Part shown: positions 28,506 to 40,700 of the stretch, one piece after another
Numbering within the stretch: the first letter of the stretch is position 1
Layout: the number at the start of each line of letters is the position of its first letter
NCBI RefSeq assembly: GCF_009914755.1
Contig: NC_060943.1
Strand: one strand, 5' to 3'
DNA from: the human T2T-CHM13v2.0 reference genome, Homo sapiens
Length of the DNA stretch: 64,000 bases
Translations under genes and position numbers: made by a program
Notes under the pieces: generated by a model
Told to the model about the DNA's origin: nothing
The model's database searches: none
Seen by the model: only the letters and a program-made list of their open reading frames with translations

Positions 28506-28664
28506 ATGCCCAAGAAGTTCCAGGGTGAGAACACCAAGTCGGCAGCGGCCCGGGCACGGAGGGCAGAGGCCAAGGCGGCCGCTGATGCCAAGAAGCAGAA
28601 GGAGCTGGAGGATGCCTACTGGAAGGACGACGACAAACACGTCATGAGGAAGGAGCAGCGCAAG
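28506..28664 (+). CDS. CCDC124: CCDC124 coding exon 1 (gene exon 2, which starts at 28495), aa 1-53
   Basis: Pyrimidine tract + CAG acceptor ending 28494; ATG 28506; MPKKFQGENTKSAAARARRAEAKAAADAKKQKELEDAYWKDDDKHVMRKEQRK; donor AAG|GTGCGT at 28665; 159 nt, phase 0. N-terminus recognised as CCDC124/Lso2 family (ribosome hibernation factor). Confidence 0.98.
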
Positions 28665-29164
28665 GTGCGTGCACTCCGAGTCCCCGCGGCCCGCATGCCT
28701 TGTGGCCAAGGCCAGTGGTCATTATGTCAATGTGGGTGAATAGCGAGAGGGCCCTCTGAGCTTTGGTCTGAAAGGCCAGGAGGGACCAGGCGCTGTCGCT
28801 CACGCCTGTCATCCCAGTACTTTGGGAGGCCGAGGCAGGCAGATCACCTGGGGTCAGGAGTTCAAGATCAGCCTGGCCAACATGATGAAACCCTGTCTCT
28901 ACTAAAAATACAAAAATTAACTGCGTGGTGGCGCACACTTACAGTCCCAGCTACTCTGGAGGCTGAAGCAGAATTGCTTCAACTGGGAGGCGCAGGTTGC
29001 AGTGAGCCGAGGTCTCCCCGCTGCACTCCAGCATGGGCAACAGAGCGAGATTCCATCTCAAAAAAAAAAAAAAAAAAAAAAGAGGCTGGGCAGAGTGCCT
29101 CATACCTGTAATCCCAGCACTTTGGGAGGCCGAGGTAGGCATATCACCTGAGGTCAGGAGCTCA

Positions 29165-29538
<374 letters not shown>

Positions 29539-29544
29539 CTAGAT

Positions 29545-29755
29545 GGTCATTCTCACCGTGGAGCTACTCTGCCCCTGAGGACGCTTGGCAACACCTGGAG
29601 ATGTGTTTGGTTGTCATAACTCGGGGAGAGGGGGTGTTGCTGGCATATAGAAGGTGGAGACCAGAGATGCTGACACTCTAGAATGCACAGGACGCCCCCA
29701 CAGCAAAGAATGAGCCAGCCCCAGATGTCAGCAGTGCTGAGGCTGAGAAACGCTG
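29545..29755 (+). mobile_element. MER20 DNA transposon
   Basis: TTGGCAACACCTGGAGATGTGTTTGGTTGTCATAACT...AATGCACAGGAC...CAAAGAAT...GTGCTGAGGCTGAGAAACGCTG, colinear with recalled MER20. Confidence 0.85.
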
Positions 29756-29807
29756 TGATCAGGCCCCCATTTCCAACCTGTTGACCCAGGTCCACAGGTT
29801 CTTCTAG

Positions 29808-29946
<139 letters not shown>

Positions 29947-30509
29947 TAGCTGGAATTACGGGCATGTGCCACCATGCCCAGCTAATTTTGCATTTTTAGT
30001 AGAGATGGGGTTTCTCCAGGTTGGTCAGGCTGGTCTCGAACTCCCAACCTCAGGTGATCCGCCTGCCTTGGCCTCCCAAAATGCTGAGATCACAGTCCTG
30101 AGCCAATGTGCCCGGCCCAGGTGTTTATTTTTTAAAAGCCGTCGTTTGGCGTGGTAGCTCATGCCTGTAATCTCAGTACTTTGGGAGGCTGAGGTGAGAG
30201 GATTGCTTGAGGCCAGGAGCTCCAGGCCAGCCTGGGCAACATAGCAAGACCCCATCTCCACAAAACATGTACAAATTAGCCATGCATGGTAGTGTGTGCC
30301 TGTGGTCCCAGCTACTTGGGAGGCTGAGGTGAGAGGATCACTTGAGCCTGGGAGTTCAGGGCTGCAGTAAGCTATAATCGTGCTACTGTACTCCAGCCTG
30401 GGCAACAGAATGAGACTGTGACTCAAGATGAATCAAAAAGCCCAGGGCCAAGCACCATGCTTCATTGGTGTCTGGGTTGTGGTTTAGGGCTGATGCTGAC
30501 CTGCTTGGC

Positions 30510-30523
30510 CCAGTAGGTGGCGC
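30510..30523 (+). promoter_or_regulatory. Candidate CTCF site in CCDC124 intron 2
   Basis: CCAGTAGGTGGCGC matches core CCASYAGRKGGCRS exactly, in unique sequence. Confidence 0.6.
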
Positions 30524-30763
30524 CAGTGACCCATGCTAGCCACAGCTCCTGGTTTCCACACCCTGGGTAACTGAGACACTGGCCCTCTAGGCAACCCCCC
30601 AGCTTAGGGGCTGCTATCCTGACAACATGCCCAGTTCTTGGGGGGAATCTGGACATTCCCACCTGTTTTACCCGTCATCTTTTTTTTGTTTTTTTAAAGA
30701 CGGTCTTGCTCTGTCACCCAGACTGGAGTGCAGTGGCAGGATCACAGCTCAATGCAGTCTTGA

Positions 30764-30997
<234 letters not shown>

Positions 30998-31333
30998 TGA
31001 AGGGGTAGATCCTGCCTTGTTTTTAGCACACATTCAATGTCCCTGGCTTTCTTCCAGCCCCACCCCTACCCACCCTGCTGCACTGGGTCCATGGAGATAT
31101 TTATAGTTTGGGGGTTGGGGGATCATCAAAATTTTGACACTATAGGAAAGTTGAAAACTCAAAAGGAAAAACAATGTCTGTCAAAGATGCAGTATCCATC
31201 CGGGTGCAGTGGCTCACGCCTGTCATCCCAGGACTTTGGGAGGCCGAGGCAGGCGGATCACCTGAGGTCAGGAGTTCGAGACCATCCTGGCCAACATGGT
31301 GAAACCCCATCTCTGCTAAAAATAAAAAAATTA

Positions 31334-32234
<901 letters not shown>

Positions 32235-32429
32235 TGATCCGCCCACCTCGGCCTCCCAAAGTGCTGGAATTACATGCGTGAGCCACCGCCTCTGGCCTGT
32301 TAAGAGATTTGATTAAGGGACAGCAAAGCATGCCTGTCCTAGGAGTGTGGGTCAGAAAGCATGTACCTCTGAGCACACCTGTATTGCATGCATCCGGGAC
32401 AAGGTATGGAGGGGGTTGGACAGGCAATT

Positions 32430-33217
32430 GGGGCCAGGTGGTGAATAGCTTAGACTTCACTTAGGGCCAGACAGGAAGCCACTAGACCCTATCATTGAGC
32501 ATGAAGGCCACCACTGACAGTAGGTTAGCAAATAGGTGTGGCTGCATGCCCATAAAACTTTACCAAAGGGGCCGGGCATGGTGGCTCACACCTGTAATCC
32601 CAACACTTTGGGAGGTCAAGGCAGGTGGATTACAAGGTCAGGCGTTCGAGACCAGCCTGGCCAACATAGTGAAACCCCATTTCTACTAAAAATACAAAAT
32701 ATTAGCCGGGCGTGGTGGCGGGTGTGCGTAATCCCAGCTATTCCGGAGGCTGAGGCAGGAGAATCGGTTGAACCTGGGAGGCAGAGGTTGCACCATTGTA
32801 CTCCAGCCTGGGCAACAGTGCAAGATTCCACCTAAAAAAAAAAAAAAAAGGGCCGGGCGCGGTAACTCATTCCTGTAATCCCAGCACTTTGGGAGGCCGA
32901 GGCGGGCAGATCACAAGGTCAGGAGATCGAGACCATCCTGGCTAACACGGTGAAACCCCATCTCTACTAAAAATACAAAAAATCAGCCGGGCATGGTGGC
33001 AGGCACCTGTAGTCCCAGCTACTCAGGAGGCTGAGGCAGGAGAATGGCATGAACCCGGGAGGAGGAGCTTGCAGTGAGCCGAGATGGCGCCACTGCACTC
33101 CATCCTGGGCGACAGAGCAAGGTTCCGTCTCGAAAAAACAAACGAACGAAAAAAACACAAAAAACCTTTACCAAAGAAGGCAGTTGGCTAGTTGGCTATA
33201 GTTTGTCAACGCCCTGC
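32430..33217 (-). mobile_element. MER58-type DNA transposon remnant split by two Alus
   Basis: GTGTGGCTGCATGCCCATAAAACTTTA and terminal GCTATAGTTTGTCAACGCCCTG. Confidence 0.6.
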
Positions 33218-33301
33218 TCTCTAGAATATTCTCAGCCCCCGTGAGTTTCCCTCATACCCCTCCTGGTCAGTCCCCCACCAGTGATACCTCTCCTCACTTC
33301 A

Positions 33302-33705
<404 letters not shown>

Positions 33706-34743
33706 TCAGCACAGCAATGGGAGCCCAGTTTGTGCACTCCAACAGCCTTGACTTTAACCGCCCCCTCCACTTTCCTGCTGTGCTGGTGGGGGTGGGGGTC
33801 AGGCCCTGGCAGTGTCCTTAGGTGCGTCCACCCCTATTCTGCGACATTCCCTTCTGTCAAATCTATCTGGAGATGCAGTGGTAGTGTCCCAGGGGGACAC
33901 TGCAGGTGTGGGGATCGTCCCTGGGAAGGCTGAAGGTGTGAGAGTCAGATGGTGGAGTCTCAGGCAGTGAGGGGGCAGGCAGGGGTGTCCGAGACCAGGG
34001 CCCTGCAGGAGTGCCAGGCAGTGGGCAGAGTACTGCCCTGAGCTTCCAGCAGCACTGCATATAAACCGTGGGCTTGCTCGGCCCCCTGGGGTCCGTGCAG
34101 GCCAGGGCAAGGGCAAGTCCCGTAGCCCAGATGTCCCTCATCCAGCCAGCATCAGGGCTTCCCTGGGCGGCCGATGTGGAATCAGTTTCAGCCTCAGTGA
34201 CCCACGGCAGGGAAACGTGGACAGTGCTGCCCGACTCATAAGGGCAGAGCCCCTGCCCTAGCCTGAAACGGGTCCAGGCCTCCCACGGCTCTTAGAATCC
34301 AACATGAACCCCTCCCTGGCCCCCAGAGGCTCCGCATGGCCCAGCCGTCTCCCTCCCGGCCTCTTCCCCCTCCCGCTTCACTCCCACTCCAGCCTCCAAG
34401 CTGTTCCTGTTACAACAAATGGCTCCTGCCTCGGCGCCTTTGCACTGGTAGCCCTGCTGCTAAGGACGCTCCTGTTCCCCAGCTCTCCCCCTTGGCCGGC
34501 GCTCTTCGCACCTAGGAGCGTCACTTCTTCAAGAGCCACCCACCCGCCCTGTCCAAGGTTCCCCTGTTGGCCTCACATCCCCCGCCCAGGGCAGCACCGG
34601 GACCTATCTTGTTCCTGGCATGTCCCCTGCACCCAGCACAGAGCCTAAATCCTCGTTGGCTGAGATGAAAACTCGAACCCCAGGCTAGTGGGTGGCGCGG
34701 GGGTGTGGGGTCTTCTGCCTGACCATGCACGCCGCCCCCGCAG

Positions 34744-34933
34744 GAGGAGAAGGAGAAGCGGCGCCTCGACCAGCTGGAACGTAAGAAGGAGACGCAGCGC
34801 CTACTGGAGGAGGAGGACTCCAAGCTCAAGGGCGGCAAGGCGCCGCGGGTGGCCACGTCCAGCAAGGTCACCCGGGCCCAGATCGAGGACACGCTGCGCC
34901 GAGACCATCAGCTCAGGGAGGCCCCGGACACAG
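34744..34933 (+). CDS. CCDC124: CCDC124 coding exon 2 (gene exon 3)
   Basis: Acceptor CGCAG|GAG; EEKEKRRLDQLERKKETQRLLEEEDSKLKGGKAPRVATSSKVTRAQIEDTLRRDHQLREAPDT (charged coiled coil); donor CAG|GTCGGG; 190 nt, ends phase 1. Confidence 0.97.
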
Positions 34934-35348
34934 GTCGGGCGGCATCCCGCTCTGGAGCTGCACTTTTGCCCACTGCAGAGGCAGTGGACCTTGAGTCCAT
35001 TAGCCCCCTCCTGGCCCCCAGAGAAGCTGCCGGGGCTCCACGTGGTGCAGGGTGGGTGGGTAGGCCGCCTCCTGGTAGGCCTGGCCGTGAGCAGACAACC
35101 TCAGGGCTTGTGCCCCGCGGGGTCCTCTTGTTTGCAGGGCTGCCGGAAAGTAAGGCAGAGAACTGGGCGCCGGGAGGGTGGGACCTGTCCCAAGAGGGCT
35201 TATCAGCTGAAGTCGCGATTCCATCCCCCCTCATCTCTCCCGCCTTCCTCCCGCCCCTAGCTTCTCTTGCCAGTCTCTATCTCATCTCCTTGGAACTGTG
35301 CATCTTTGCTTATCTCTCTCTGTCTCTGTCACCCACCCACCCGCCCAG

Positions 35349-35463
35349 CCGAGAAAGCCAAGAGCCATCTGGAGGTGCCGCTGGAGGAGAACGTGAACCG
35401 CCGCGTGCTGGAGGAGGGCAGCGTGGAGGCGCGCACCATCGAGGACGCCATTGCAGTGCTCAG
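35349..35463 (+). CDS. CCDC124: CCDC124 coding exon 3 (gene exon 4)
   Basis: Long CT-rich tract, CCCAG|CC acceptor; (A)EKAKSHLEVPLEENVNRRVLEEGSVEARTIEDAIAVL(S); donor CAG|GTAACG; 115 nt, phases match both neighbours. Confidence 0.97.
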
Positions 35464-35595
35464 GTAACGGGGCGGGGCCTGGGGCTTTCCCAGGGGTGGA
35501 GCTGGTCATCGGGGGCGGGGCTACCTGGGGGCGGGGCCGGGCTTTTCGGGGCAAGGCTGCGCCCAAGGCCCCCTGACGCTCATGTCCACCCCCAG

Positions 35596-35803
35596 CGTGG
35601 CGGAGGAGGCGGCCGACCGGCACCCAGAAAGACGCATGCGGGCAGCCTTCACAGCCTTTGAGGAAGCCCAGCTGCCGCGGCTCAAACAAGAGAACCCCAA
35701 CATGCGGCTGTCGCAGCTGAAACAGCTGCTCAAGAAGGAGTGGCTCCGCTCTCCTGACAACCCCATGAACCAGCGGGCCGTGCCCTTCAATGCCCCCAAG
35801 TGA
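35596..35803 (+). CDS. CCDC124: CCDC124 last coding exon (gene exon 5)
   Basis: Acceptor CCCAG|C; VAEEAADRHPERRMRAAFTAFEEAQLPRLKQENPNMRLSQLKQLLKKEWLRSPDNPMNQRAVPFNAPK*; total CDS 159+190+115+208=672 nt = 223 aa + stop. Confidence 0.98.
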
Positions 35804-36041
35804 GCCCAGAACTTGGGGAGCCAGTTCACCCACGGGTGGTCCAGGTCACGACTCTGCACGCCCTTAGGCCAGGTCAGCTGCGAGGGTCACAGAGCGTTCC
35901 GGGGGCCAAGGCGCCGGGCCCCGGGGCCATGCTCTTATCACCAGCCACCCGTCCTCCCGCCAGAGGGTCCCTGCCCCGAGTGACACCCCATCCCCTCCCA
36001 TCCCCCGGCGCGTGTGTGTAGAGCCTCAGGGCTGAGTGCCC

Positions 36042-36047
36042 AATAAA
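36042..36047 (+). terminator. CCDC124 polyadenylation signal
   Basis: AATAAA about 240 nt after the stop codon, preceded by UGUA-containing sequence and followed by GT-rich sequence. Confidence 0.9.
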
Positions 36048-36726
36048 GGTGGCGGCAAGGCTGCGGTGAGGCACTTGAAGCCTAAGTGAGTGGGTGGGGA
36101 GAGGCGGGCGAAGAATGGGGAGAAGGAACGGCTTTGGGGACCTGCTGTGAACCGCACTGGGATCATAGCTAGAAAAGACAAGAGCCCCCAACAGCGCGCT
36201 CCTTCCTGCTGCCAGCTGTGCTTCATCGGCTCCTGCCAGCACCCCTCCTTGGCTGTGCCACTTGTCCAGTGAGGCACCTGCTCCACTGTCTCCTGCACAC
36301 GCTTAGAGAGGTGGAGGTGGAGGCGCTGGCCATACTTCAGAGGCAGAGCCAGAGAAGAGCTGGAGCCTGTCTGCCTTCTGAGATTCCAGTTCAGGGTGGG
36401 CCCTAGGACTTGATTGGGGGTACCATGTTGTGTTTGGGGTCAGGAAATGCTGGCTGCTCTGCTGTTATTCCTACAGGGGAGGCATCTGGGCCAAATCCTT
36501 CTGTGCTGAATCCTGGGCAGGCTTCCCAGTGGAGGATTTCTTCCTTAGTGGGGGATGAGTCAGATCTCATTGCAGAGGGAGGAGGAAGGCACTGGGCTGG
36601 GAAAGGCCTGGAGGCTGCAGTGAGCAGGTGGATCGGAGTGGGTGTGAGCAAGCGTCCCGTCAGAGACTGCACATCTGGGAAGGGTGGAGTGGGATTTGAA
36701 CCTAGTTCTGGCTTCCTAGAACTTAG

Positions 36727-37230
<504 letters not shown>

Positions 37231-37594
37231 TCAAGTCCCCACTGTGTGCCTGGCCTTGGACAGCCCTGCTGTCCAAGGTCATCCATAACAGTGGGGGGAA
37301 CTGAGGCACAAGGGTAGAGGGTAGGGTTGAAGGACTTACCAGGCCACTGCTGTGGCTCTTGCCCAGGTGACACCCACTTCCTATGCCCATAGGGCTGTCC
37401 CCTGACTCCCCATTACCCTCTCAGCTCAGTACTTCCAGCCTCCTTACTCTTGGCTTCTGAGACCCTCCAACACAGAAGGCTTGATCCCTCCACCAAGAAC
37501 ACCGTCCTGCTGGGTGCGGTGGCTCAGGCCTGTAATCCCAGCACTTTGGGAGGCCAAGGCGGGTGGGTCACCTGAGCTCAGGAGTTCGACACTA

Positions 37595-37777
<183 letters not shown>

Positions 37778-38562
37778 TCAAAAAAAAAAAAAAAAAAAAT
37801 CACTGTCCTCCCAGATCACAAGGCTTAGTGCATGCAGGTCCCCACAGAGGTCCTCAGCTCTGTGTAGTCAGGGCTGGAGGGCTGGGCAGGCTGGAAGGGG
37901 CTAGGCTCTGCCCAGAGGTGGGAGATAGAATGTATCATGGAGGACGGGACTTTCAGGATGCATAGGAGCTCTCCACACAGACAAGGGACAGAAAAGTCGA
38001 AGAAATCACATGTGCAAAGGTCTGGAAGTCACACTGCTTCTGTTCAACGGAGGGTAAAAGGTGCCAGGAATAACTAGGTACAGGTGAGGCACCGTGGCTC
38101 ACACCTATCTATAATCGCAGGACTTTGGGAGGCCACAGTGGAAGGATCTTTTGAATTCAGCAGTTTGAGACCAGCCTGGGCAAGAAAGCAAGACTTTGTC
38201 TCTACAGAAAAAGTTTAAAATTAGGGCGTGATGGCATGTGCCTGTGGTCCCACCTTCTTTGGAGGCCGAGGTGGGAGAATCCCTTGAGGTTGAGTTAGAG
38301 GTTGCAGTGAGGAGGTTGCAGTGAGCCATAACTGTGCCACTGCACTGCAGCCTGGGCGACGGAGCAAGACCCCGTCTCTAAAAAATAAACTGGGTACAGC
38401 TGAAGTTAACATAAAAACTAACCAACATATGTTGGACACTAGCTTAGTTTGGAGGTCCCCCAAGAACCAACCCTGAGACAATGACTGTAGGAAACGTGGG
38501 ATATCTGGGAGAGACCTTTGGTGAGGGTTAGGGAAAGGAGAGGAAGGTAAGGCCCCCTGCAT

Positions 38563-38576
38563 CCTGCAGGGGGCAC
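38563..38576 (+). promoter_or_regulatory. Candidate CTCF site
   Basis: CCTGCAGGGGGCAC; a weaker same-orientation match CAAACAGGTGGCAG at 38642. Confidence 0.45.
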
Positions 38577-38723
38577 CAACGAGCAGAGTCCCCCACGTGG
38601 GAGGAGACAGGCAGTGGCACCACTGGGTGCCAGGCCTTGGCCAAACAGGTGGCAGCAGCCCCTCACTGAGCCCTGGGGACAGCCCCTATGAGATATTGAT
38701 CGTCTTTGTATATAAGAAAACTA

Positions 38724-39196
<473 letters not shown>

Positions 39197-39869
39197 TCAC
39201 CTGCCTGTGTCACATAGCCGGGAAGCACCCAGAGCCGCCAGGAAGGCAGCAGGGGTAGTTTTGGGGCCCAGAATTGGGGCTGAAGATGTCAGCCAGGAAA
39301 TGAATGGAATAGCCCATATAGCTCCCCACAAATGGAGGCCTGGGTTTGAATCCCACCTCTGACTCTTCTGAGACCTTAGACAAGGTTCTGAATGATCTAA
39401 GCCTCAGTTTCTCCGGTAAAATAGGACTAAAAACCGCGCCCAACCCCAGGCTATCTGGAGAATCAAGGAGATGGTACCTGGGAAGGGTACGCGGGGAAGG
39501 GCTTGGCCCACATGACCATATTAGGGTCTTTCTGGCTGGGGATGAGAGAAGGTCGGGGACCAATGGTAATCGATCCGAGGGAAGAAGCCGACGGGAGGGC
39601 CAGCCAGACACGACTGGGCACACAGGGCCTCGGACGCCAGGCAAAGGAGTGGGGCTTCACCCCAGGACGATGGGGAGCCCCGGTGGGGTTATGAGCAGGG
39701 CAGAGAGCCGATCAGAGCGGCGCGTGGCAGGCTCTTCCGGGCGCCTGCAGAGGGACAACTGGTGGACAAGAGTGAGGATGAAACTCAGGACAGGAGCTGA
39801 GAGGGTGGTCGTCAGCCCTCGGGCACAAAGACAAGGTGATGACGTTTGTTCCCTGTTACAGAAAGGCCC

Positions 39870-40700
39870 TTACTCCCTTCGGCTCCTAGCCCCGGCCCCG
39901 GCCCCGGCCCCGCCCCCACCCCCGCCCCCGCGGAATCCCAGGCTCGCGCGTGCGCACTGGCAGCAGGGAATCCCCAGCTCCGCCGCAGAGAGCGGGAGGG
40001 GGCGTGAGAGGGGAGTTCCGTGCGCGCCCAGCGGGCCCCGCGTGCGTTGCCAGGACGACCGGGCGGGGCCGCGGGGCCGCCGGTCGCTCACTGCGCCTGC
40101 GCTGGGGTGCTCGCCATTTGCGCCGGGGCTTTCCCGTCGCGCGCCAGCAGAAGAGGGGATGCCGCGCCCAGCGCGCATGCGTCGGCCCCACCCGACACCC
40201 CCCCCCGCCCCCCGCCCCCAACCCACCCACCCTGAGGGCCGGGGAATCCTCACCCGCCGCAGTGCGCATGGGGGCGGGGCGGGGAAACCGGTTCAAACCG
40301 GAGTGGGGTTTGCCGAGGAGGTGGCGGGGGAGGGAGCGAGAGCGGGGTCTTCCCGAGGTTCCCACTCCGGCCCCCGCCGTTGCCTTAGCAACCGGGCGCG
40401 CGGGCCGCAGTGCGCGGGCGGCGGCGGCCTCGGGGAAGCCGGGTGGCTCTGCGCCTGCGCGGGGCTCCGCGCCTGCAGCCGGGGTTCCCCCTCGAGCACC
40501 GGGGGGACGGCGGGGGAGTAGAGGATGGGCGCGGGGGAGCGGGTGCTGGGGAGGAAGAGACCGTGGGGGAAGAGACGGCGCGGGAGGAAAGAAGGGGAGG
40601 AGGGGTGGGTGCCGAGGAGGGGGCGGTGGGGGAAAACGCAATGGGTAGGGACTGTAGGGAGGGGTGCAGGGAGAGGCGAGCCTGGGGATGCGCGCCAGGG
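39870..40700. promoter_or_regulatory. CpG island between CCDC124 3' end and KCNN1
   Basis: Very high CpG density; NRF1-type motifs TGCGCCTGCGC 40092-40102 and 40450-40460, GCGCATGCGT 40173-40182; multiple GC boxes. Confidence 0.85.

Noticed and set aside
34060-34065. TATAAA in CCDC124 intron 2 as an internal promoter
   Set aside because: Isolated hexamer without supporting initiator, island or clear donor.
34741-34749. NAGNAG acceptor (CAG GAG GAG) at CCDC124 exon 3
   Set aside because: GAG is a poor acceptor, and the effect would be loss of one Glu.
35282-35833. 183-aa ORF antisense to CCDC124 exons 4-5
   Set aside because: Expected antisense openness from GC3-rich codon usage; no promoter or splice evidence.
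39346-40521. 391-aa + strand ORF (and overlapping 232/251-aa ORFs)
   Set aside because: Starts at a non-ATG codon in a MIR, runs through a CpG island where several frames are open, low-complexity R/G/P/A composition, no recognisable domain.
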